The notes under the pieces were generated by a model that saw only the letters and a list, made by a program, of their open reading frames with translations, had not been told where the DNA came from and ran no database searches. A DNA stretch of 64,000 nucleotides from a bacterium (GTDB taxonomy: Bacteria; Omnitrophota; Gorgyraeia; Zapsychrales; Zapsychraceae): NCBI GenBank assembly GCA_030429765.1, contig JAUIER010000012.1:32916-96915 (forward strand), read 5' to 3'. The position numbers and the translations under genes are program-made. Below are positions 1 through 8,164 of this stretch, in pieces (position 1 is the first letter of the stretch; every line of letters starts with the position of its first letter).

Positions 1-3000
1 GAATTTCCAGATTGGCTGACCATTAGGAAATCTCAAACCACCACCAGCCGGCGTTGGACTTTCATCGTATCGTGTTACCCGAAACTTGACTATACCATCC
101 GTATTGAACAGCTCATAGCAACGCTTCAACCCCCCCTTTCGGGTATAGGTCTCCACCTTGGGCCACTTAGGATCGGGACCTCCACCAACTCCACAGGCAT
201 TGTTACACCTCTTGGGTATTCGTCCCTCGACCTTTACGATATGCCAATAGGCCTCTCCCGGAGCTGCCGGCCTGTTTTCAGGTGAATTATCCTCCTGCCA
301 CCCATAAACGATTTGATTGGGCCAATCATCTGGTGGCGCTGCGTCATAGGCTATCCGTTCGTCGATCAACGGAGGAACCGCGTTGGTCAGAAAATCCTCA
401 AATTCGACGATGGCTGTGGTGAGAATATTCCGGAAGTAGTTTAACTCAGTCATTCTCGAATCCAGATAATCCCGGCGCATAATAAATTTGTCGATCTGGT
501 TTTCCGCCTCTATAGCCGCCGTTCCCGTGGAGGCTAGCCATCCTCCCGGGTTAATGTCACAAATAGGATTGGCCTGCACCAGTGAATCTCGCACCAACGT
601 GCGCATTCCGCGAGCATCATTCAAATCATTACCGTTACAGTCAAATATGGCATTAAAGTTGGAAATAGTTCCGCTGTAGGCATAAGCGGCCCCACTAGAC
701 GATTGAGTTAACGGCATGGCGGATAACACCGGATTCCATGGTAATCCGGCCGCCATTCCACGGCAGGTTAAATCCGAGCAGGCGTGAACACATTGGAGCA
801 TAGCAGCCATATCCGGCTCATCCAGCGGATCGGCCTGCACGTAGGCATTTCGATCATATGGCGGATTCGTCACCAATGTTCGCGGCAAATTGGTACATTC
901 GGCCAATGAGCAGGTTAGTTTACAATCATTGTACTGTGCATCGTTGCCGTCAAATATGCTTGATGCATTCAGACAGGCTACATCGGGGACCCCCCCGTTA
1001 CAAGTGTAATCATATCCGTGTATCGCGTAGTTGAGGCAAGCCACAACATCCTCAATTTGTCCATCCGTGCCGTCACCATTAAAGTCAAAAGTCAATTCCT
1101 CATAGGCACTTACGTCCGGACATCCCCGTGGCGGTACACACCACGGCCCCGTCGCACAAGCACTTCCCTGAAAACTTTGGACGGCCAGTGCACTCAGCTC
1201 ATCCCGAATGTCCACCAAGGCCTGTAGCCACAAATACAACTGCCCGGCAAATGGTTGGCATTCATCCGGCGTTCCCGGATCATTATCCCAATCATAAGGG
1301 TAGCAATTACCAAAATTGCCCGTCCCTCCTGGACTGGCCGCATTGGCCAATCCCTGGCCCGGATCGATCCATCGCTGCCAATTCTCAAACCATGTCTCAA
1401 ATTGCGATGCCAACTGACCGCGACTGTATTGCAATAGCGAATCAGCTTCTCGCGTAAATGTGTGCGTGTTATATATCATCTCGTCAAGAATATCCTCAGG
1501 GAAATTAGCGGCCGCGGTATCAGCTGGGCTGGTTGACGTCGGGTCCTCGCACTCACATATGGATGGTTCAGGGGTTCCGGAGACATTCGTCGTACAGTTA
1601 CCGTTCAGGAATTTGGCACATTGCCCACTGTAAGGCCATGCGGAAGGACCATCTATATCACCATTGGAACAAAATTGATCAGACCCACGCTTCCAGAATG
1701 CCCCCCCGGCATATGGGTCCGGCGCACATGTATCAACCGGGATTTCAAACGAACCTGTTAACGCCAAGGTCACATCATCAACATACGTCTCTACACAGTA
1801 GGATGTGTCATACGTCATGGTTGACGGGTCATTCCGTAATACCAGCTGATTCATTTCATATGGAAGATTAGGCGAACACAATGTAGCAGCCCTTGAATCA
1901 CACCATTTACACCGCTGGTCAAATGGGTTATAGACAGGGTTACCGATGACAAGCGTGCCCACCGTGTCCAATGAGTCCAGATCGGTTCCCCAGTCATGGA
2001 TCTTCCACAAGAATGGGAACACACCTATACGGTTTTCCGGAGTTGATGGCGGAGGAGCCGTGTACCCCGAATAGAATCCGGTGGTGTCGTCGACATAGTA
2101 ACGAATTCCCTGCCACGGAGGAGCAAACTGCTGCGCCCAGTTAGGGTTGGAGGAATCCTTGAAGTATCGTTGATTCTCGTCATCCTTGCCTAGGAGTTCC
2201 CGGAAGGAGAAAAAGGTATTTTCAGAATTTTCGAAATTTTCGTCAAAAACCCACTGATAGAAAGTCCCCAATGATGGCTCTACAGCCCCATATGGACTAA
2301 GCAATTGACAGGTACTGGCCGTTCCGCACTCCAAGTTTGGCGGGAAGAGTGTTGGATCACAGTAATCAGGGTTGGGTACCGTGATCAACGGTCCAGACGG
2401 GTTTGTTGGATCTGGTATCTGAATCGTCGGAGGTTTACCTCGACAGTCACAACATCCTGGTCGAACCTGAATCTGTCCAAAGGAAGGGCCTCGAGGATCA
2501 GGTACCGTGTCTGGCAAACAACACAAATTACACTCGGATGGGACCGAAAAAGGAAACGGATCGGTTACAGGATTGCCGTAAGGAACGTTGATATCCACGT
2601 GGCAAGGATGCGATGGATCCAGCGGAATCGAAAACGAGTAGTTGATAGTGCTGGTTTGCAGACCCGGGACGAAAGTTCCTGGCATGGGGTCAATTAGCGC
2701 CCAAGCCGGCTGGCAGGTCGCAGAATCCAAATCACATTCAGAGGCCGGTCCACAGGTGGTTCCAAAACAATCTCCGTTGGGCCCCGGAATCTTGTAAATA
2801 AAATCTTGAAGATCAACCAAAAATTGCTCTGCCGCAGGCAGATAATTTACGGCTATCTGGTCCAGCAAGAGCGGATAATATTTGGCGTACCGGTTCATGG
2901 TATCAAGCGGTTCAGATGTCACCGGATGAAGACCAAAGATACCATCCATATCTGAATCGTACAAATCTGGAACCTGCTTGTTGTCATTGGCTGCCACTTG

Positions 3001-3474
3001 AATAGCCCCGCGCATGGCGTTGGCCATAAACTGATCCACCGTATCCAGTAAGTTGGCCTCCAGATTATTCCATGCGCTGGTGATTTGGGAGCCTATGGAC
3101 ATTTGGAGTACCACCCCGACACCGGCAACAGCCACCGTGGTTATCGCAGCTGTCGCCCCAATAGCACCAACCCCGTACGTTACAACAACCAGAATAACAA
3201 TTACAATAAACGATATCAGCGCCTTGAAGAATCCTGTGCTTTGGCATTTCTTGCGTTCCCCACCCAGCTGCTGCATAAGCAACGAGTGCCCGTAGCTGGC
3301 CATGGCCGAGGCCAATGATGCCGCCCCGGTATTAGCCCCTATCTCCGTGGAAACTTTGTTTTCAGAGATCCGCCCCAAATTTAGTGTTACAGCATAAAAT
3401 ATCAACGCAAATGCGACAACCAAAAGGATAACCAGTCCGGCCTGGCCTTCTTTTTTTCGCATCGATTTGTTCAT
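1..3474 (-). CDS. Giant Cys-rich TadG-like protein, partial: N-terminus at 3474, C-terminus beyond the window start. N-terminal Tad/TadE-like pseudopilin-type TM segment (MNKSMRKKEGQAGLVILLVVAFALIFYAVTL), then a Cys/Pro/Gly/Asp-rich extracellular region.
   Basis: Manual translation of the reverse strand from ATG at 3474 stays open to position 1 (1158 codons) with no stop. The ORF track shows only short spurious ORFs here, because the long ORF has no stop inside the window. N-terminal hydrophobic segment resembles Tad/TadG (PF13400-like) proteins. About 50 Cys, including CC and CxC pairs. Confidence 0.6.
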   Translation of the reverse strand, partial: MNKSMRKKEGQAGLVILLVVAFALIFYAVTLNLGRISENKVSTEIGANTGAASLASAMASYGHSLLMQQLGGERKKCQSTGFFKALISFIVIVILVVVTYGVGAIGATAAITTVAVAGVGVVLQMSIGSQITSAWNNLEANLLDTVDQFMANAMRGAIQVAANDNKQVPDLYDSDMDGIFGLHPVTSEPLDTMNRYAKYYPLLLDQIAVNYLPAAEQFLVDLQDFIYKIPGPNGDCFGTTCGPASECDLDSATCQPAWALIDPMPGTFVPGLQTSTINYSFSIPLDPSHPCHVDINVPYGNPVTDPFPFSVPSECNLCCLPDTVPDPRGPSFGQIQVRPGCCDCRGKPPTIQIPDPTNPSGPLITVPNPDYCDPTLFPPNLECGTASTCQLLSPYGAVEPSLGTFYQWVFDENFENSENTFFSFRELLGKDDENQRYFKDSSNPNWAQQFAPPWQGIRYYVDDTTGFYSGYTAPPPSTPENRIGVFPFLWKIHDWGTDLDSLDTVGTLVIGNPVYNPFDQRCKWCDSRAATLCSPNLPYEMNQLVLRNDPSTMTYDTSYCVETYVDDVTLALTGSFEIPVDTCAPDPYAGGAFWKRGSDQFCSNGDIDGPSAWPYSGQCAKFLNGNCTTNVSGTPEPSICECEDPTSTSPADTAAANFPEDILDEMIYNTHTFTREADSLLQYSRGQLASQFETWFENWQRWIDPGQGLANAASPGGTGNFGNCYPYDWDNDPGTPDECQPFAGQLYLWLQALVDIRDELSALAVQSFQGSACATGPWCVPPRGCPDVSAYEELTFDFNGDGTDGQIEDVVACLNYAIHGYDYTCNGGVPDVACLNASSIFDGNDAQYNDCKLTCSLAECTNLPRTLVTNPPYDRNAYVQADPLDEPDMAAMLQCVHACSDLTCRGMAAGLPWNPVLSAMPLTQSSSGAAYAYSGTISNFNAIFDCNGNDLNDARGMRTLVRDSLVQANPICDINPGGWLASTGTAAIEAENQIDKFIMRRDYLDSRMTELNYFRNILTTAIVEFEDFLTNAVPPLIDERIAYDAAPPDDWPNQIVYGWQEDNSPENRPAAPGEAYWHIVKVEGRIPKRCNNACGVGGGPDPKWPKVETYTRKGGLKRCYELFNTDGIVKFRVTRYDESPTPAGGGLRFPNGQPIWKF

Positions 3475-3509
3475 AAATGACATCATATAATTGATTGTCC
3501 CGGGGCTAA

Positions 3510-3791
3510 TTAGTTGTCCCAAATAGCATTCATCGCCGTCCCCGACGAGAAAAATGGAGAAATCTGTGCAATTTGCTGACTGTCAGATACATTGGTATAT
3601 GACCGGCTCAACGTTTGACCGGTCAATATTGTGTCATGCGCAATCCTACGATTTACGATCTCTTTTCCTGACCATTCAAAAATTTTGGTTATCGAATAAA
3701 TCATCAGAAACACGATGATCATACTGAAGGTAAACTCAATGATGACCTGACCCAAGCGTCGTTCTTCAGATGTCTTCTTTCTTCGAATCAT
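3510..3791 (-). CDS. TadE-like pseudopilin (93 aa)
   Basis: N-terminus RRLGQVIIEFTFSMIIVFLMI matches the TadE-like pattern (basic residues, then G-Q/A, then an E-containing hydrophobic helix). Spacing to neighbours is 18-40 nt. Confidence 0.55.
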   Translation of the reverse strand: MIRRKKTSEERRLGQVIIEFTFSMIIVFLMIYSITKIFEWSGKEIVNRRIAHDTILTGQTLSRSYTNVSDSQQIAQISPFFSSGTAMNAIWDN

Positions 3792-3830
3792 TATATCATA
3801 CTCCTAACCGAGGAAATTGCCTACCAAATT

Positions 3831-5246
3831 TTACGGATATAGATACTGAACAAATGGATCTCCGTCCGTCGGCGTTATCCATTTTCGGCCATGCTTATCT
3901 GTTATCCGGCTTCGGACCAAAATGTGAGGATCCTGCCCGCCCAAAGTAGGAATAACCATACAGATTCTTGTCGCATTGGCGCTGGTAAAACAACAGGCAT
4001 TATTCGGACAGCACACCTCCACAGGATTACGCACATCTGATGTCCACCCAGCCTGATTTCCTTCAATCGTGCCCGGTTGAACTACAGAACTTCCATCCCC
4101 CGCCGTACCGTTGCAAAATCTGCCCGTATCATTACTCAGTTGAACCGTCCTCTGGATCAAATCAAGTGAATCTTTACGCTGTGCAGAACGAACATATCGT
4201 CTGGAATCGCCAGCCACCTGATACAACTGCCCCTCATCGATTTGAAGATAAGTGCCCACACCGTCACCGGCAGGTGTCCAATCTTTCGTAAATGTAAACA
4301 TTTGGATGTCTTGTGTCGTGATGCCCGCTGTCGGACGCTGCGGAGCCGGATTGAGAGGATCCGGATCTGGAATTGTAAAGTCCATGTCCCCTTCCTGGAA
4401 ATCCACCACATTGGCTGTTATCGGAGTCCCCCTCAGATCATCCATTGGACGGCCGTTGATACCAACAATCCTTTCCTGGTGCAAATCTCCATCGACATCC
4501 ACAAATGTAAATTCACCGTTTTCACCATCTATCTGTGAAGGTGTCGCAGCAATCCACTGCCACCAAAAATCCTGGCAGATCGCATCCATAGCCGGATCCG
4601 ACGCCAGTCCGTCATCAAGAGCCCCGTTTCGATCCAAATCGAATCGGTAGTAGTTGTTACCGCCGATATTGTCCACACAATTGGACGCCGTACCTCCACA
4701 ATCGCACCATGGTAATGCCGGGTGGTTGTTTTCTTTCTGATATACCAGCCCCGTGGGGTTGGCCGGAGAATTAAATGCCTTTGTCGCCACATTGGCTGTA
4801 GTGAACACAAAGTGCACCCCGTTAATAAAGTAATCGATAACCGGCAAATTGGCAAATTCACCCGGATCAATCGGCATAAAAAGATTACGACTATGGGTTG
4901 CTCCCCCAATCGCTTGTTGGGGAACCCTGTCGATTGGTGCCTGCCTGGAAGATTCCACCGACAGCCTATCTTCAATTACCAAAACTGAGGCACTGTTGCG
5001 GGAGGCGGTGCCATCACGCCAGTTTCCCGGAACATTTTTCAAACCTTCCGTAAATTCAAATGACATGAGCATCGCCAAGCGGAATGCTTTATAGCGATGA
5101 TTTTGTGCATAACTAGTTGTCATGACAGATCTTACAATAAGTCCAATAACAAAAACCACAACCGATCCAAACACCGCTAGTTCCAGAGCAGTTTGCGCTG
5201 TTTTGGATCGCCCCGAAATGGCTTTTTTTGTACGGTTAATATTCAT
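3831..5246 (-). CDS. Large TadE/TadG-like pseudopilin-type protein (471 aa). C-terminal Cys-rich region (VCCPNNACCF).
   Basis: N-terminus GRSKTAQTALELAVFGSVVVFVIGLIV is a Tad-type pseudopilin leader plus TM. Shares CC motifs with the giant gene downstream. Confidence 0.6.
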   Translation of the reverse strand: MNINRTKKAISGRSKTAQTALELAVFGSVVVFVIGLIVRSVMTTSYAQNHRYKAFRLAMLMSFEFTEGLKNVPGNWRDGTASRNSASVLVIEDRLSVESSRQAPIDRVPQQAIGGATHSRNLFMPIDPGEFANLPVIDYFINGVHFVFTTANVATKAFNSPANPTGLVYQKENNHPALPWCDCGGTASNCVDNIGGNNYYRFDLDRNGALDDGLASDPAMDAICQDFWWQWIAATPSQIDGENGEFTFVDVDGDLHQERIVGINGRPMDDLRGTPITANVVDFQEGDMDFTIPDPDPLNPAPQRPTAGITTQDIQMFTFTKDWTPAGDGVGTYLQIDEGQLYQVAGDSRRYVRSAQRKDSLDLIQRTVQLSNDTGRFCNGTAGDGSSVVQPGTIEGNQAGWTSDVRNPVEVCCPNNACCFTSANATRICMVIPTLGGQDPHILVRSRITDKHGRKWITPTDGDPFVQYLYP

Positions 5247-5249
5247 TTG

Positions 5250-5564
5250 CTAGTATGCTCCCACAGCCATAGAACCGGTTTTGGTTTCCAGTGAACGCGA
5301 GACATCATTACGCATTGTTTGCAGTCCAGACGGAGTCGATACAGACACCAGAGCCGTAACCGTATTCGTTTGAATAACATGACGTATACTTCCATTAGTC
5401 GTTCGAGGATCATACTGATCGCCTAATTGATCCACCGATTCTTTCCAACGTCCTTGCATGCCTCGCTTGAAGTAGTTTTGAGAGGCCACCAAGGCCCCTA
5501 TTACGATAATTAAAATCGTCGAGTATTCGATCGCTGATTGACCTTTGTTCTTTCTAATAATCAT
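5250..5564 (-). CDS. Flp-family (class III signal peptide) pilin-like protein, 104 aa
   Basis: N-terminus MIIRKNKGQSAIEYSTILIIVIGALVA carries the G/A-Q-x3-EY prepilin motif followed by a hydrophobic helix. Confidence 0.55.
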   Translation of the reverse strand: MIIRKNKGQSAIEYSTILIIVIGALVASQNYFKRGMQGRWKESVDQLGDQYDPRTTNGSIRHVIQTNTVTALVSVSTPSGLQTMRNDVSRSLETKTGSMAVGAY

Positions 5565-5591
5565 ATATTTATACCTCGACTTTATTCACCA

Positions 5592-5939
5592 TTAAACGTC
5601 TGGTTGGATCCCCAAATTAGTCAGGGTGTTAAGTTGGCCTGAAATCGCATCATCATAGACATAATTGATTATGCCGGCTACGTCTAATGTTTGCTTGTCT
5701 ACTCTGGCACTGGATATGCCATAAGATGCATTCAAATGCCCCTGGGTTATATCATTGAATCGCTGATCGGATTCGTTCTGCACGCCAATTTGATCGGCCA
5801 CAAATCTAATCCAACCTTGGGTGGAACGACGGATCATCGTTCCCATAACAGCCGTAATTGCCACAATAATCGTCAAAATCAGCGTATATTCGACCACCGT
5901 CTGGGCTCTGTGATTAGATTGTTTACTTTGCTTGAGCAT
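5592..5939 (-). CDS. Flp-family pilin-like protein, 115 aa
   Basis: N-terminus ...HRAQTVVEYTLILTIIVAITAVMG (A-Q-x3-EY motif plus hydrophobic helix). Confidence 0.5.
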   Translation of the reverse strand: MLKQSKQSNHRAQTVVEYTLILTIIVAITAVMGTMIRRSTQGWIRFVADQIGVQNESDQRFNDITQGHLNASYGISSARVDKQTLDVAGIINYVYDDAISGQLNTLTNLGIQPDV

Positions 5940-5944
5940 ATAAA

Positions 5945-6325
5945 TTAGTCCGCGTTTATGGCCGGAACTGTGAAACTGACAGAATTTGAAAATGTTGTTT
6001 GGTTGTAATCCTTGCGAAATATTCCAGAACTAAGTGGCAAGGAAGGTAATACGGCCGTCGTATCTGCAAATAAGGTCGTGGTATCTGTAACAGAATTTCG
6101 ATAGTATGGCTCATACTGTACGAAGACATCATTACCTCCGTAGATGTTTCCTACACGATTTCGAACGGTCGTGATAATGGAACTGTGGGCATCGCGAATT
6201 TTTGCCTGCACAGCCCGTCTAAAGTACATTGTCATTCCTGACAGCATGGCAACAACCACAAAAAAAACCAGAACATATTCTCCGGCGACCATTTGGGCTT
6301 TTTCATTTTCAAATCGTCTTAACAT
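5945..6325 (-). CDS. Flp-family pilin-like protein, 126 aa
   Basis: N-terminus ...EKAQMVAGEYVLVFFVVVAMLSGMTMY (A-Q-x4-EY motif plus hydrophobic helix). Confidence 0.5.
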   Translation of the reverse strand: MLRRFENEKAQMVAGEYVLVFFVVVAMLSGMTMYFRRAVQAKIRDAHSSIITTVRNRVGNIYGGNDVFVQYEPYYRNSVTDTTTLFADTTAVLPSLPLSSGIFRKDYNQTTFSNSVSFTVPAINAD

Positions 6326-6423
6326 TCTGGTCCTTTTTTAACACGGTAAGCTTCTCTATTATACACGAATCTATGGATAAAGATCAACTAAAAACACGTA
6401 TCACAAATTGTGAGCTACTTCAA

Positions 6424-6474
6424 CAAAATATGGCTTACCTGAGCAATTATATTCCTCAAGTAAGCCATATTTTG
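6424..6474. repeat. Perfect 15-bp inverted repeat (CAAAATATGGCTTAC … GTAAGCCATATTTTG) with a 21-bp spacer, in the pilin-cluster intergenic region
   Basis: Exact reverse-complement arms seen directly. Adjacent TCACAAATTGTGA palindrome at 6401..6413. Confidence 0.6.
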
Positions 6475-6509
6475 AACAAAACGACTAGCGAGTAGCCGTT
6501 TAGACTGTA

Positions 6510-6839
6510 TTAGTTACCCCAGAATTCTGACGTGTTGTTCAGAATTGCAGAGTTCATTAGGTCATACGTTGTCTCTGCTTGAGTCAACTGAGATCGTGTA
6601 ACCCCAGAAGCAAAAGTATCACGAGACTGTCCGATGACAACCATTTTCTTGATTACGTTAGTGTTACCTTCGGAATACTGTTGTCCAATATCATCAGCCG
6701 CTTGCTTCAATCGTCCTTGAACACCACGTTTGATGTATACCTGGATCGATAAAAGGGCACCAATGATAATGATGATCAGAATCGCATATTCCAATGTACT
6801 CTGACCTTTTTTTCTTTTCTTGTTAAAGTACTTAAGCAT
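6510..6839 (-). CDS. Flp-family pilin-like protein, 109 aa
   Basis: N-terminus MLKYFNKKRKKGQSTLEYAILIIIIIGALLSI. Nearly identical leader to the 7312..7533 paralog. Confidence 0.6.
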   Translation of the reverse strand: MLKYFNKKRKKGQSTLEYAILIIIIIGALLSIQVYIKRGVQGRLKQAADDIGQQYSEGNTNVIKKMVVIGQSRDTFASGVTRSQLTQAETTYDLMNSAILNNTSEFWGN

Positions 6840-6900
6840 TGATATATCCTCCCAAATTAATCCTCTAAGTTAATAGAGGGATTAAGTTATTATCTTCAGA

Positions 6901-7260
6901 TTACAGACCTTGAATAAGACCAAGCGCGGTGTTATATGATGATTCTTGGAAACCACCAACCCCTCTTGTTCTTGCGTTATCTGTTTGCTCAGCAACTGTC
7001 GTGTTATCCAATGTTTGGATTTGGTTAGTCGCTGTATCAATCAGATAATCAGTTTGTAGGTAATACGGCTCGTATTGTGCTGCTGTTCCCAAAGCGTTTG
7101 ATTGAGTAGTCATGTACTGCCCAGCTTCACGAACCCTGGCTTGTAGAGCACGTTGTGCATATGTCTGCATCGCAATAATACCGGCCACAACCAGTGAAAT
7201 CAGGATGGCATATTCTGCAGTATTTTGCGCCTTTTTATTTTTTATTAACTTTCTGAACAT
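6901..7260 (-). CDS. Flp-family pilin-like protein, 119 aa
   Basis: N-terminus MFRKLIKNKKAQNTAEYAILISLVVAGIIAM. Confidence 0.55.
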   Translation of the reverse strand: MFRKLIKNKKAQNTAEYAILISLVVAGIIAMQTYAQRALQARVREAGQYMTTQSNALGTAAQYEPYYLQTDYLIDTATNQIQTLDNTTVAEQTDNARTRGVGGFQESSYNTALGLIQGL

Positions 7261-7311
7261 TTATTTGTCCTCCTAAGATTAAATTCATGTAAAGATTGAA
7301 TTTTTCAAACA

Positions 7312-7533
7312 TTAGTTAGAAGTAGGTCGTGAAGTGGCCAATCGGTTAGCCATATCAGTCATACCGTTTGTACCCGTCGTTAGTGTACTGTTGTACGCTG
7401 TACGGAAGATACCATTAGGTCCTAGGAAAACCAAAAGGGCTGCTAATACGGCCGCAACCAAAATGATATACTCAACGGTACTTTGACCTTTCTTTTTCTT
7501 TTTAGGATTATTATTTATATTCCTTTTAAGCAT
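7312..7533 (-). CDS. Flp-family pilin, 73 aa
   Basis: N-terminus ...KKKKKGQSTVEYIILVAAVLAALLVFLGPNG. Shares the FLxPNG motif with the orphan gene at 17400..17612. Confidence 0.6.
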   Translation of the reverse strand: MLKRNINNNPKKKKKGQSTVEYIILVAAVLAALLVFLGPNGIFRTAYNSTLTTGTNGMTDMANRLATSRPTSN

Positions 7534-7592
7534 TGTCTTCCTCCTTAAAAAAGTTCACTTTTAAGATAGCGCCCACAAAACTTCATCGTGGG

Positions 7593-7760
7593 TTACTGAT
7601 TTCTGGACTCTTGAAGAATTATTTGTTGTGTTGCTTGTACTGATCTAAATACATAGGTACTCATGGCAATTGCTCCTGCTGCCACAATGGCTGCGATTAA
7701 GGCATACTCTAGTATACTTTGACCTGTCGTGTTTCTGATTTTTTGTTTCTTTGACCTCAT
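7593..7760 (-). CDS. flp: Flp prepilin, 55 aa (MRSKKQKIRNTTGQSILEYALIAAIVAAGAIAMSTYVFRSVQATQQIILQESRNQ). Below the ORF-track size cutoff.
   Basis: Found by manual reverse-strand translation. Classic Flp motif: a predicted cleavage site after G, then QSILEYALIAAIV. Typical Flp size. First gene after a dedicated promoter and leader. Confidence 0.6.
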   Translation of the reverse strand: MRSKKQKIRNTTGQSILEYALIAAIVAAGAIAMSTYVFRSVQATQQIILQESRNQ

Positions 7761-7912
7761 CGTAACCACCTTATGTATTTCACAAATAATGCCTGCTCTC
7801 GATGTGATGTTGCTTACATCAGAATCCTGAGAGCTCTATTGCTGAAGGGGTCGACTGTCCAGCCGGCCTTCAACACTTCGAAACATCCTGACTGATTCAG
7901 AACGAACCGAAG

Positions 7913-7935
7913 GGTAAAAGCACTCGAAAGTGCTA
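7913..7935 (-). terminator. Second leader hairpin: AGCACU-UUCG-AGUGCU followed by UUUAC
   Basis: 6-bp stem with a UUCG tetraloop and a weak U-run. Confidence 0.25.
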
Positions 7936-7947
7936 TTAACTCATTCC

Positions 7948-7977
7948 AATAAAAAACCCCTACAGTTATGTAGAGGT
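7948..7977 (-). terminator. Intrinsic-terminator-like hairpin in the flp leader (attenuator candidate)
   Basis: Minus-strand RNA reads CCUCUACA-UAAC-UGUAGGGG followed by UUUUUUAUU. The 8-bp stem holds a U.G wobble only on the minus strand; on the plus strand the same position would be a C.A mismatch. Confidence 0.4.
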
Positions 7978-7984
7978 AATCGGG

Positions 7985-8053
7985 TTATGGCTGTTTCAAT
8001 GAACGCAGACAGCATCTATACGAAATTTTCGTTTTGATCTCAAAAGTATTCAT
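7985..8053 (-). CDS. Candidate leader peptide (uORF, 22 aa: MNTFEIKTKISYRCCLRSLKQP) in the flp 5' leader
   Basis: AGGAG, 6 nt, then ATG. The stop lies about 8 nt upstream of an intrinsic-terminator-like hairpin. Confidence 0.25.
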   Translation of the reverse strand: MNTFEIKTKISYRCCLRSLKQP

Positions 8054-8111
8054 TTTTTCTCCTAGGAATGAAATCGTCATATCTGTATAAATGGCTGTTT
8101 AATGTGATAAA

Positions 8112-8139
8112 AGTATATCATATATCGAGTAATTGTCAA
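8112..8139 (-). promoter_or_regulatory. Sigma70-like promoter for flp
   Basis: On the minus strand: TTGACA at 8139..8134, a 16-nt spacer, TATACT at 8117..8112. Lies immediately downstream of the stop of the 576-aa gene. Predicts a 5' UTR of about 345 nt. Confidence 0.45.
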
Positions 8140-8164
8140 GGATCATGCAATGGTTGCCCTTCCC

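Noticed and set aside
488-3318. Many short plus- and minus-strand ORFs from the track inside 1..3500 (for example 1128..1457 +, 1533..1871 +, 2305..2697 +, 3053..3295 +)
   Set aside because: All lie inside one uninterrupted minus-strand reading frame that runs from ATG 3474 to position 1. They are alternative-frame artefacts.
4040-4988. Plus and minus overlapping ORFs inside the 471-aa gene (4040..4291, 4242..4538, 4252..4650, 4529..4975, 4722..4988)
   Set aside because: They are nested within the longer 3831..5246 ORF, which has a recognisable pseudopilin N-terminus. They are likely spurious.
6229-6495. Plus-strand 88-aa ORF spanning the pilin intergenic region
   Set aside because: It overlaps the end of the minus-strand pilin gene and the inverted-repeat region. 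It has no RBS or motif. It was treated as non-coding.
7761-8164. c-di-GMP (GEMM) riboswitch or ANTAR target in the flp leader
   Set aside because: No ACGCAAAGC-like GEMM core was found by eye. The hairpins have tetraloops, not ANTAR hexaloops. Kept as a generic attenuator candidate instead.
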